DNA from: an uncultured virus (IMG/VR IMGVR_UViG_3300011813_000035)
Lineage: Duplodnaviria; Heunggongvirae; Uroviricota; Caudoviricetes
Direction: 5' to 3' (one strand)
Length of the DNA stretch: 64,000 bases
IMG/VR virus record: IMGVR_UViG_3300011813_000035
Coordinates: 1-64,000 of that record
The first letter of the stretch is position 1. Every line of letters starts with the position of its first letter. Made by a program: the position numbers and the translations under genes. Positions 1-10,200 of this stretch are shown here, in pieces. A model generated the notes under the pieces. The model saw nothing but the letters and a program-made list of their open reading frames with translations, was not told the DNA's origin and did no database searches.

Positions 1-152
1 ACAAATCCCTCCGTATTCTACATTTTATATATTATATCACAACACAGAGATATTTACTATAAAAGGGAATAAATAATCAAAAAGAGCAGGAGATTTTAGA
101 TTTTTTTCAATAATTATATCGTATTTATTCTTCGTATACTGTCTAACATGTA

Positions 153-203
153 AAAAGTAAAAAATAGGGAATAGAAGAGTGTCATACTCTTATATTCCCT
201 ATA
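153..203 (-). terminator. rho-independent terminator ending the tail operon
   Basis: Hairpin ATAGGGAATA..AGAGT/ACTCT..TATTCCCTAT followed by a T-tract on the minus strand. Confidence 0.65.
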
Positions 204-209
204 ATAATT

Positions 210-356
210 TTATACTTCAATGCCTTTAGTAATTAATATTTCTTTCACTTCAGCTTTGATTCTTTCAGGCACTTGTTTAAATGTCTTATATGTAATTCCT
301 GTTTTAAAGCTTGCTTCGATTAAGTCCGCGTATACATAAGAAATAGGTGTTGTCAT
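210..356 (-). CDS. small phage protein, 48 aa (CD1375-like, end of tail operon)
   Basis: Hand translation MTTPISYVYADLIEASFKTGITYKTFKQVPERIKAEVKEILITKGIEV; ATG overlaps the stop of the upstream ORF; followed by a terminator. Confidence 0.6.
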   Translation of the reverse strand: MTTPISYVYADLIEASFKTGITYKTFKQVPERIKAEVKEILITKGIEV

Positions 357-739
357 TATTTATTTCCCTCCATTTTTTCATATAAATCAGTGATGATTTG
401 TTGTAGTGTTAAAATCTTATCTTCGAGTGATATTTTATTTTCATACGTTTCAGTAATAACAAGTTGTGATTGAAGTAATTTTGACTGAAGTTCAGCAATA
501 TTATCTTTTTCGGTGGGTATATATATTACCTCCTCTAAAGAGCCATCTTCTAAAACGTGATGAAACACACCATTCTCATACTTATCACCTATAATAGTAG
601 CGTATCTTGTTGTCTCCACAGCAAATGCTTCGTCGCCAAATGATGCTCTTGCTAAAACATTTGCTAATTCATAATTTTCGCATTCAAACTTGTTTTTCAC
701 AAATCCATCATGTACAAGTGCATATCTCAATTCGTTCAT
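356..739 (-). CDS. tail-fibre-associated protein / chaperone
   Basis: 127-aa ORF downstream of the fibre gene, C-terminal coiled coil ending in the 'ITDLYE' motif. Confidence 0.55.
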   Translation of the reverse strand: MNELRYALVHDGFVKNKFECENYELANVLARASFGDEAFAVETTRYATIIGDKYENGVFHHVLEDGSLEEVIYIPTEKDNIAELQSKLLQSQLVITETYENKISLEDKILTLQQIITDLYEKMEGNK

Positions 740-750
740 TCAAATCTCCT

Positions 751-2316
751 TTACCCAATAAATCTAATAATACAGATTCCAGAGCCGCCAGCGCCACTAT
801 ACCTCTTAGCACTGCTGTTTTGGCGACCAGCACCACCGCCACCTCCGCCTCCAGAGTTTGGAACACCGTCTATAGCTGGGGTGCTACCACCGCCACCGCC
901 ACCGCCACCGTAGTTTCCTCCCCAGCCACCACCGCCACCGTAGTTTTGATGTGACCCATTTTTTGAAAACGACCAGTTACCGCCACCAGCACCACCGCCA
1001 CCGCCAGAATATACTGTCCCGTTTCCAAAAGCTTGAGTAGAGAAACCTTGTCCTCGACCTCCTTCTTGCTTCCACTCCCTTACTTGATCACCATAACCAT
1101 AAACATTTTCACCGTCTTCTCTCCCTGATATAATTATATTATATAGAGCAGATTGCCCGCCATTGCTTCCATTTGATCCGCCTTGCGCGCCCCAAGGAGT
1201 ACCATATAAATGATCTCTAGTATCTGGTTCGAATCCGCCACCACCACCACCACCGGAGCCGCCATTTCCATATGTATAATAGGCACTCTCTAGTTGCGTA
1301 GGAGTTTCTTTTCCTGTTGGAGTGGAATGTTTTAATATATCCCCTAATCCACCGTACCCACCTTTAGCTACTATAGAACCAAAATATGTTGGGCTTCCAT
1401 TACGCTGAAGACTATACGAACCTCCTAAGTAACCTACTCCACCCGAACCTATGATAATTGGTATTTGTTGTCCTGGAGAAACATTTGTGGTTTGAGTAAT
1501 CGTATATCCACCACCACCACCTGAGCCAGTAGCAGAACCAGTTGTGTCATAAGAACCATCTCCCCCACCACCTCCACCACCCACACAAAAAACCTCAACT
1601 TGATTAACACCATTAGGTACAGTCCATGTAGTGCTTGTAGTAAAGACTTGAGTTACAAGGTTTATATATACATTTTTAGTATAACTTGAGCTACCTAACC
1701 ATTCTTGTCCATTGATAGTAGCGTAACTAAAAGCTCTAAAGTAATAATTGATACCTGAACCAAATCCTCCAACAACAGCATTAGATACTCCATAAGGGTA
1801 TGTGTTGTTTCCAAATCCTTTATAGTATCTTGTGCCATCGTTTATATTAGCAGGATAGCCCCCTGTTTTCCCTACAATTATCACTCCTGAAAAGGGACCC
1901 GAAGCAGGATTTTGCCAAGTAAATACAATCTGTGAAAAGGAGTAGGGGGCGCTGCTAAAAGACAAAATACTCTGAACATTCATTGATCCTGTTGACTTAA
2001 TACCATTTGTCCAATATGTTTCACCATTTAAAACATGAGAAGGTATTGCTGTCCCTGAAGTCTGACTGGCTAGACTATTTGCAATTACAGTAAAATCCTG
2101 AGCGTGATAACCTTTTTTAATATAAAAAGAACCACTTGCATTTAAACTTTGATTTGTAGTAGTTCCATTGTTTGCCATCTTACCAGTTCCAATTTCATCA
2201 TCGGTATCAGCGCCCACATATGTCTTGCCGTCTAGTACATATTCTTTTGTAACGGATACCTCATCTGAACCGATTCCGCCCCCACCAGCTACGTTTGTTA
2301 CGCCGTGTTTAGCCAT
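751..2316 (-). CDS. glycine-rich tail fibre / receptor-binding protein
   Basis: FN3-like segment (YYFRAFSY), 'WTVPNGVNQVEVFCVGGGGGGG' glycine-rich domain, C-terminal 'GGSGICIIR'. Confidence 0.75.
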   Translation of the reverse strand: MAKHGVTNVAGGGGIGSDEVSVTKEYVLDGKTYVGADTDDEIGTGKMANNGTTTNQSLNASGSFYIKKGYHAQDFTVIANSLASQTSGTAIPSHVLNGETYWTNGIKSTGSMNVQSILSFSSAPYSFSQIVFTWQNPASGPFSGVIIVGKTGGYPANINDGTRYYKGFGNNTYPYGVSNAVVGGFGSGINYYFRAFSYATINGQEWLGSSSYTKNVYINLVTQVFTTSTTWTVPNGVNQVEVFCVGGGGGGGDGSYDTTGSATGSGGGGGYTITQTTNVSPGQQIPIIIGSGGVGYLGGSYSLQRNGSPTYFGSIVAKGGYGGLGDILKHSTPTGKETPTQLESAYYTYGNGGSGGGGGGGFEPDTRDHLYGTPWGAQGGSNGSNGGQSALYNIIISGREDGENVYGYGDQVREWKQEGGRGQGFSTQAFGNGTVYSGGGGGAGGGNWSFSKNGSHQNYGGGGGWGGNYGGGGGGGGSTPAIDGVPNSGGGGGGGAGRQNSSAKRYSGAGGSGICIIRFIG

Positions 2317-2953
2317 CTTTTCTCATCACCTCAATTTCTCTGATAGTCAAGTCACTTTTGGGCAGTTTATTTGCTTTTAAAACTACATTTCCAGAGCCAG
2401 TATTTTCTTTAACAATGATAAACGCTTTGGCTGCAAATAACATGCTATCGGAGCTAAAATAAATATTAACTCTATCATTTTCTAAAATTTTATCTGAAGA
2501 ATATGTAAATGTTAAATTGCTATCCCAAGCGCTGCGCGGAATGGGTACGTTAGTATCTATCGTTACTCCGGTTAAATAGTCTGTTTTTAGAGCAGAGTAT
2601 GCATTTGTTCTTTTATCTTCACCGGTTGCCAAATCATTAATACCGACGGTATTTTGAGCGACGGTATGTACCATTGTGTCAACTTCTTCCATGAAGAACT
2701 TTTGAGTTGCCTTGACTCCATCTAAAAGTACATTAAACTTTTCAGCATTAAATAGTGATTTCATTAAATTGGGGTATTGTTCCTTCAGCTCAATCATTTT
2801 ATCTGTATCATTATTAAGCCAAGCCTCATTATATTGATCAATAATGGGACGAAGAGTAGAAGACGCGTCTTGCATATTTGGCAGGTCGCATATTGTTTCT
2901 GGAAATTTACTATGAGGATATTCTGAATAACTCATAACATCAACTCCTTTCAC
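2309..2953 (-). CDS. tail tip / baseplate protein
   Basis: 214-aa ORF translationally coupled within the tail-tip cluster. Confidence 0.55.
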   Translation of the reverse strand: MKGVDVMSYSEYPHSKFPETICDLPNMQDASSTLRPIIDQYNEAWLNNDTDKMIELKEQYPNLMKSLFNAEKFNVLLDGVKATQKFFMEEVDTMVHTVAQNTVGINDLATGEDKRTNAYSALKTDYLTGVTIDTNVPIPRSAWDSNLTFTYSSDKILENDRVNIYFSSDSMLFAAKAFIIVKENTGSGNVVLKANKLPKSDLTIREIEVMRKDG

Positions 2954-4437
2954 TTATTTTTTCGATTATAAACATAAGAAAAACTCTCTAGGAATTTATA
3001 GAGAGTTACTGACATGGTTCCATTTCCTGTTGACCAGCTTAAATTCTTAACAATATACTGGCTGGTTATATTATTGTACTTTGGCGTGTATTTGATTTTT
3101 GTATTCACCTCTAACCATGGTACAACTAAAGTAGTTAAGTTTATGGTGTCCATCATGGCGGTGGATTTATAAGTAAGAAATTCCGCTTGATTGTAGCAAG
3201 CAGCGTTGTCGCTTAGATTGGAATAGTCTAATGATTGAGATATCTCGTAGCCCAGATTAGTTGTTGAAAATGGGCAATCAGCGGATTCTTCCACATACTT
3301 TCCATAGCATTGAAATTGACCTAATAAGAAGAGGGCATTATGATCTGGAGATATTCGTCTATAGCGGAATACATAGATATTGTCTTTTTTCAATGCACCT
3401 GCGACTAATGGCTTGCCATCTCCATCATAAATAGGTATAGTGGGAGAGTAGTTGTTTATTGTGAATTTTGGTGCAAAAGCGTTATCTGCACTTACCTTAA
3501 ATGCCAACTGTGTTAGATTATCAATACTATCCCAAGAGGTGTACATATCAAAAGTTACACTGTATGTATTTTGGGTATATAAGGAGGTTTCTGCATATCT
3601 GTCACCACTTTCCAGTTCCAGTACTTTTCCCCATATCTCAGTTACGTTATAAATACCATCGAATTTAGTATCTGCACTCTCGTTTACGACAATATCCTGC
3701 ATAATCGTATCATTGAGAACTACTGGATCTTCCAAACAAGTTGGAATTTTTCTCCAGATGAAAGCACCATCTACATCAAAATAGAACTCCCAAGAATCAT
3801 AAAGATCTCTTATTTTTGTCCAGATATCTGCGTATGTACTTCCAGTTTCAAAAGTTAATTCATAGGGGATAGGCTTATTAATATCTTCTACAATATATCT
3901 ATCAATACCTGCGTCTTTAAGTATTGCGATAACTGATGAGCGTATGTCTTCTCCCGCAGGTATCGTGAGATTTTGGATAGCATAGCTAGGAGAATTATTA
4001 GAGGAGCCATACCCATGAATCTGTCCTCTAAGGGTTCCATTGTATAAAGCCATAAGATCCGCACATGAGACAGATAATTTCTTCTCTGTATTAGAAAAGG
4101 AATACTTCATACTGACATAGCAAAATACTCCCAATTCATACCAAATGATCTCATTTGTTCTTAATGATTTTAATCCGTAAAAAACTTTAAGTCGCTTATC
4201 CAGCCATATTTTTTTATCTTTCCCAATAATAAACGAAGAGTTTAAAACAACTAGATCAAAATTATAGGTTCGGCGTTGTATCGATTCATTGTCCTGGTTG
4301 TAATTATCATTTATAATCTGACCTTCTAAGGAATCTAAAATTTTAAAGTTTGAGTCCATCAGTTCTACTTTTAAAAACGTCTCCAATGTTCCCTGCCTTA
4401 ACAGAGCTAAATCCGTTTGTAATATTTCATGTCCCAT
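2950..4437 (-). CDS. baseplate hub / tail tip protein (DUF5048-like)
   Basis: 495 aa, 'WEFYFDVDGAFIWRKIP' motif, downstream of the tape measure gene. Confidence 0.65.
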   Translation of the reverse strand: MGHEILQTDLALLRQGTLETFLKVELMDSNFKILDSLEGQIINDNYNQDNESIQRRTYNFDLVVLNSSFIIGKDKKIWLDKRLKVFYGLKSLRTNEIIWYELGVFCYVSMKYSFSNTEKKLSVSCADLMALYNGTLRGQIHGYGSSNNSPSYAIQNLTIPAGEDIRSSVIAILKDAGIDRYIVEDINKPIPYELTFETGSTYADIWTKIRDLYDSWEFYFDVDGAFIWRKIPTCLEDPVVLNDTIMQDIVVNESADTKFDGIYNVTEIWGKVLELESGDRYAETSLYTQNTYSVTFDMYTSWDSIDNLTQLAFKVSADNAFAPKFTINNYSPTIPIYDGDGKPLVAGALKKDNIYVFRYRRISPDHNALFLLGQFQCYGKYVEESADCPFSTTNLGYEISQSLDYSNLSDNAACYNQAEFLTYKSTAMMDTINLTTLVVPWLEVNTKIKYTPKYNNITSQYIVKNLSWSTGNGTMSVTLYKFLESFSYVYNRKNK

Positions 4438-4445
4438 TTTGCTCC

Positions 4446-5339
4446 CTACCTATCTAAATCAGTATCAATAAAACCATTATCATATAAATCACCATTACTA
4501 TATGCATCTCCACATTCAGCCACACTAAATTTTGTCGTGACATGCTCATAAAAATCTGACTCTTCACTTATCTCATCACTGGTAATACCTACCATATAAA
4601 TGTTTCCTAAGAAGTCCTTTAAAATTTTCGTCTTACCATTTGTTAAGAAATCGTAGACTGTGTTTCGGTATTTCCACGAAGTGCTTTTTTGCCATAAACC
4701 ACTCTTCAATTCGATGAAACAGCAGGATATATCTCCTGTGAAATAATTAATCTTTCCACCTTTTACAATCACGGGTTTTGCTCTACCTTGCAATTCAACT
4801 AAGGATGTACGATGTATCATCTTTCTGTTAAAAGTGGTATCTAAAATCATAGGATAGGAAATATCTTTCTCGCAGATAAAATAAGAGTCGAATTTAGATT
4901 CTACCTCATTTATAATATAGTCTCCCTCGCCACCTGAAATAATTGGAACATAAGCATATTCTATAATCCCAATGGGTTCGAAATAATCCATGATTTCTAT
5001 AGCAAAGTCATCGTTACTTTCAATCTGTTTTTCAAATATAGTCCTGAATTTAGATTCATTTTTTAATCTTCGTTTTATACGTACAGACTCTACAATACTT
5101 TCAGTGAAATTAACATTGCCACCGTATAAATTATTTTGAAATAATGCATGTAGTCTTGTTTCAAATTCCCATCTAGACGGTATAGTACCTTCAAAATCAT
5201 TAATTTCGATCAAATCGTTAGAAGCATATATTTCATCAAAAATAGCGTTCTCAATACTCAAAATATCTACTTCTTTGGGAGTTACCGGCGATGATGACAG
5301 CGCTCCAATACTCCCAGAAAAACAACCTCCTAAAAACAT
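4446..5339 (-). CDS. distal tail (Dit-like) protein
   Basis: 297 aa, 'FLTNGKTKILKDFLGNIYMV' motif typical of Firmicutes siphophage tail tips; synteny. Confidence 0.55.
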   Translation of the reverse strand: MFLGGCFSGSIGALSSSPVTPKEVDILSIENAIFDEIYASNDLIEINDFEGTIPSRWEFETRLHALFQNNLYGGNVNFTESIVESVRIKRRLKNESKFRTIFEKQIESNDDFAIEIMDYFEPIGIIEYAYVPIISGGEGDYIINEVESKFDSYFICEKDISYPMILDTTFNRKMIHRTSLVELQGRAKPVIVKGGKINYFTGDISCCFIELKSGLWQKSTSWKYRNTVYDFLTNGKTKILKDFLGNIYMVGITSDEISEESDFYEHVTTKFSVAECGDAYSNGDLYDNGFIDTDLDR

Positions 5340-5351
5340 ATCATCACCGCC

Positions 5352-6410
5352 TTATTTTTTATTGACATGTATGACTCTTAGATCATAATAACTTCCAATA
5401 CGATTAACACATAGCGCAAATTGCTGAGTTTCGGTTGGAATCTCTATATAATTACTAAAAAGTATATATTTGATTCCACATGAGTTAGCAACCAATTCAA
5501 ATACTCCCTTTTCTCCACTAGAGTCCGAAAAACTACCTTTACGATAATAAATATCCACAGTAAAATTTTTACCGTCTTCTAAATGAATGATTCTGTTATT
5601 TTGTTTAGGTTCATAAAAAACAAATACTTTAGTAAAATCACCCTCTGTTTTAAAACCAACATCATAAGTAACCTTATTATCTCTTAAATCTACGTACTTA
5701 TTATCAATAAATATTACATCTTTGTCAGGCATTCCTACTGTTGAAACAATATTGCTCTTTATCTCTATAGAACCGTAATCTGATTTATTATTTAATTCTA
5801 GAGGGCTAAAAATTTGTGCGATTTGATAAGAAACGGTCAATAGAATATAACCTGTATCCAGATTCATGTTGTGAAGGGTTTTTCCTGTGGCTCTTATATA
5901 GTACTGCTTTGCATTTTCAAGTCCAGTAATTGTATATGACATATCTGTAGTGTCATAAATATTGCCAGAAGATTGTAATTCTGTTTTTTGATATGTGTAT
6001 AACGTTATGAGAAATGAGTTAAGAGATTCATTTTCTGTTTGATAATAATTAAGTCCTATTTTACACGTAGAAGATTTTAAAATATCACTATTCTCTACGG
6101 TTATTTTAAAGGCGGGAGAGGATAAACAGTAAAATGGAGTTCCTATGCCTTGAACACTTGATTCACTGTTGTTTACATCAAAAACAGTAATATAAGCTAT
6201 ATAATATCCACCATTTATTAATCCGGAATTTATAGGGACGATGAAAGATTGTTTCATTGATTCAACAATTTGGTCATATTTTATTTCGCCAGAAGTATTG
6301 TCTTTAATAATACAACGGACTTTGTAAATTTGATTTCCTTGCCATGTAAATTTAATTTCGGTCCCATCAGATGAATCAAATGGTTCGATATTATGAATTA
6401 TTGCATACAT
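5352..6410 (-). CDS. tail protein with FN3-like domains
   Basis: 'YTITGLENAKQYYIRATG' FN3-like motif; synteny. Confidence 0.55.
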   Translation of the reverse strand: MYAIIHNIEPFDSSDGTEIKFTWQGNQIYKVRCIIKDNTSGEIKYDQIVESMKQSFIVPINSGLINGGYYIAYITVFDVNNSESSVQGIGTPFYCLSSPAFKITVENSDILKSSTCKIGLNYYQTENESLNSFLITLYTYQKTELQSSGNIYDTTDMSYTITGLENAKQYYIRATGKTLHNMNLDTGYILLTVSYQIAQIFSPLELNNKSDYGSIEIKSNIVSTVGMPDKDVIFIDNKYVDLRDNKVTYDVGFKTEGDFTKVFVFYEPKQNNRIIHLEDGKNFTVDIYYRKGSFSDSSGEKGVFELVANSCGIKYILFSNYIEIPTETQQFALCVNRIGSYYDLRVIHVNKK

Positions 6411-6420
6411 TTATTTCTCC

Positions 6421-7263
6421 TTATAATAAATCTATAGGGCTATATATCACAAGAAACAATGCTGAAAACATACCACCAAGATTAATGTCATTGTGGTTAT
6501 GCCACCTCACATTAAAGCTGATTCCATTAATTTGAGAAACCTCGACGGTGACATTATCTGTATCGCAACCAATAGGAACGAAAATGGCACCTCCATCTAT
6601 TCCAACTATATTGCACACATATGATTTCTCTATATATGATCTAGCGTCGATGAGATCTATGACATCATTAACTTTATAAATTTCAAATTTCTTGAAGTAG
6701 TTATTAGATATATTTTTTGTGTAGTAGCGTGCATCGTGATCTTTGGAATTTATATGTGAGTTAAATGTAGAAACTGGAACTTTAGTGTTTATGGCTGCTT
6801 TCTGTTCACTTGAAATAGGTTTATCTAAATCGGAGGTATTATTAACTTTTTCTAATCCAATATTTTCAGCAGTAATATTAACATTTCCGGTTCTATAGGT
6901 TGATTCAGAATTACCTTTTATTCCAATAACACCAGATGTAGATGAGGAACTATCTCTTTGATAAGTATAGGATTGTATGTAAAGTTCATTCCAATCATTT
7001 CTCGGAGCACATACCCAGACCATATCATTTACATTAACATTGCCATCGCACTTTACAATGCATTCTTTACCTTTATATAATATTTTACATTTTTTTTCTG
7101 AGATATTATCAATCACCTTAGCTCGAAATGTTTTGTCATACTTCAATGAATCTGCTTTTACGCTGAATAAATAATTTAAATCTTCAGCAATTTTTTTATA
7201 TACATCTTGAAAATTCAAATGTTTATTTTCTCCTCTTAAAAAGGGACTCTGTATGAGTCCCAT
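6421..7263 (-). CDS. tail / baseplate protein
   Basis: OB-fold-like N-terminus, fibre-type motifs 'VNNTSDLDKPIS' and 'HDARYYTK'. Confidence 0.55.
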   Translation of the reverse strand: MGLIQSPFLRGENKHLNFQDVYKKIAEDLNYLFSVKADSLKYDKTFRAKVIDNISEKKCKILYKGKECIVKCDGNVNVNDMVWVCAPRNDWNELYIQSYTYQRDSSSSTSGVIGIKGNSESTYRTGNVNITAENIGLEKVNNTSDLDKPISSEQKAAINTKVPVSTFNSHINSKDHDARYYTKNISNNYFKKFEIYKVNDVIDLIDARSYIEKSYVCNIVGIDGGAIFVPIGCDTDNVTVEVSQINGISFNVRWHNHNDINLGGMFSALFLVIYSPIDLL

Positions 7264-7266
7264 AAT

Positions 7267-10200
7267 TTATCGTTTACCTAGCTGCTGTATTATGGCGCTC
7301 TTTAATCCTCCATTTAATATACCATCTGCTAACCTTTCGGTATCATTGCATTCTTGTATGTTAATGTTGCCAAACTTAAACTCTTGTGTAGTTAAATTTG
7401 AGTGACCCGATGAGAGATTAGTGTAGTCTATTTTAGACGGCGTAAAGTTCCAAGCAGTTGCTAAATTTTTGAGTAGCATATCTTGCTGTTCAGGGTTGAA
7501 TACGGCTTCATTTTTATGAAGAATAGCAGAGATTTCATCTTGATCCATCTTTTGCAGACCTAGTAGTTTCATTTTTGCTTCACGATCAGAGCCTGAAGAT
7601 GATCCAACTAATCCTCTTGTAATTCCATCTTTTCGTGATGTTGCTTTCTTTTTATCGTCAATTAAATCCCAAATTGGATCATCACTTTTCGACTTTGCAC
7701 CAGGCCCACTATTTACATACCCAGAACTACCTGTGCGAGACGGGCCATCGCTATCATCATCTTCGTCTTCATCGTCATCACCGTCACTAGCACTTTCTAA
7801 ATTATCCCTTACTTCCTCCAGAACGCGAAGCATAGAAGATACATTATCTGTAAGTTGTTGCCAACTAGAAGTATATTCAGATATGAGTCCAGCATTTTGA
7901 TTGTATTGCTTAAATGAATCTATTAATTCAGTGGCAGTATTTGCTAGACCTTGCTTTATACCTGAGAGAACATTTTCTGCATTGGCAGCCGTTCCATTCA
8001 TTGCACCTAAATAGTCATAAATATTCTGAATATTACCTTCTGCTGACATAGTTTGATTCATTTGAGCCAGTAAATTATTTATTCCAGTTAAGGCCTGATC
8101 GTAGGAGAGTGTACCTTCTTTATAAGAGGTAATATAGTCTTCCAGAAGTGAGTATATATTATTGGTAGTATTAATCTGCTCCTGATACTGTCTTAATTGC
8201 TCCGCGGTATTTGCGTACATACCAGAGAAGTTATTAAATAATTCCACATCTTTACCAGATAGAACTTTGTCCTTCCAACCGACTCCAAGCAGATCATTGG
8301 CTTTTGCTTCATTCTGAGCCTGAGTAATCTTTTCGCTGATTTCAGACCACTTATCAGATATTTTTTGTAGCGAGTCAATCTGATTTTGGTATTTTTCATT
8401 TAATCCATCAAGAGTTTCTTGTAATTCGTCGATTTGAGTCTGGATCTTATCAGTTTCCATATCAAATTTTGCGTCTTGAACTGCTTCTTGCGCATCACGG
8501 AGTTTATCTGCGTTCTGTTCATAAACAACCTGTCCATCTCGGATCACTTTTTCTGTTGCTTGCTGATTTGCTTTTTGGAGATTATAAAGGGCTTGTTCGT
8601 ATTTTTGCTGTAATTGAAGCTCCTTATTTTGCTTGTTGAGTAAATCCAACTTATCTTGCAAAGCTTTCTTTTGAGCATCATATTCCTCATTTACGGCATT
8701 TTTCTGTTCATTAATGGTATCAATCTGTTCTTTAATAGCTCCAGTTACGGCACTAATAGCAGTATCATACTCGCCTTTAACTCCACTAAGCCCGTCGGCA
8801 ACTTTCTGTAATTCAGAAGTATAATTATTGATATTCTCCAAGGGCATTTTCAGAAGTTCTTCGTTCCACTTTTGGAGATTTTGCACCATAGACGACATCT
8901 CAGAATTTACCGACTGCAACTGACCATACAATTCATTCCAACGAGTAGACCCTTCTTTTTGATTATCCATTACATTTTCAATTTCAGAAGCTAATTCTTG
9001 ATATTGATCTATAGTAGTAGCACCGTTAGAAATCAGAGTTTGGTAATAATCAGCGTTAAGCTTTTCCCCTGTAGCAGAAGCCACATTTCCCCAATTTTCA
9101 ATTGCAGAGGAGATATCCTTGTACATTGAAACTATCGTATTTAGATTATCAATAGGCATTTGCTCCAATGCTTGATTGCATTCTTCCTGTTCAAGCTCCA
9201 GACCTTGTATTTCATTCTTTGCAGCTTTTACTTTCGCCTGTAATTCCTTATAATCTTTTGATTTGACAGAAACGTTTGATGCCCGAAGATCAGCCATTTC
9301 AGATTCCCATTCAGCAATATTTTGTTGGTTGCCAGAAATCAAACCCTTATTATTGCTTTTTTGTTGCTTGTAGAAATCTGCATCGATAATTTCTCCACGC
9401 GCTTCCATTAAATCCATTTGAGATTTGATTATCTTATTGGACTGTTCTAATTTTTCGTTCTCAATATCGATTGCGCTGATTCTGTTTTCGTGAAGTTCCT
9501 TAATGGTTTGAATCTGTTTTTCTCTACCTTCTTCTAATTGCTTTTCTGAAGATTTCAGTTTCTCATTAGCATCAATAGCTGCCTGAACCTTTTTACCTAA
9601 ATCACTTGGTAAAGATTCAATTTTCACTCCACCATTTTCAATTTTATCTTTATATTCAGGAACAGCTTTTAGAGCATCAGCGTAAGCCTTAGTATAAGCA
9701 TCGACTTCTTGCTGATATTGTGGAAGCAATGTTTCAGTCTGCATTTTAAGCATACCTTGCAATGCATTTTCTTTTGATGCACTAGGAGCGCCAGATTGAA
9801 TCATCGTATAAAATTCGCCCAGGCTCAAACCTGCTTTATCGGCAAAACTTTGTAACTCAGACAGACCTTCGGTTGTATTACCAAGACCATTATCAAAGAT
9901 AGACTTTGCTTTATCGAATTGTTCTTGTGTTAATCCAAGGTATGCAACGGTATCTTTATTTGCCAGCTCCTCTAGTTTTGCATACTCATCTTGTAATACT
10001 TTGGTTCCACGAGCAATCCAGTCAACATCATTTTTTGTTTCATCTTTTTTCTTTTTATCGGAACCGGCTTTGTTGGATTTATTTGCTCCGCCATATATTA
10101 CATTGGTCTGAGTTCCTTTACCCATATATGCTCTGGCTGCCTTTGCGGCATCTTGCATCTCTTTTTCAGAAGCATTCTTGAGATCTTCTTTTCTTTTATT

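Noticed and set aside
607..954. Plus-strand Pro-rich and Thr/Ala-rich ORFs
   Set aside because: Shadow frames of the glycine-rich fibre gene on the opposite strand
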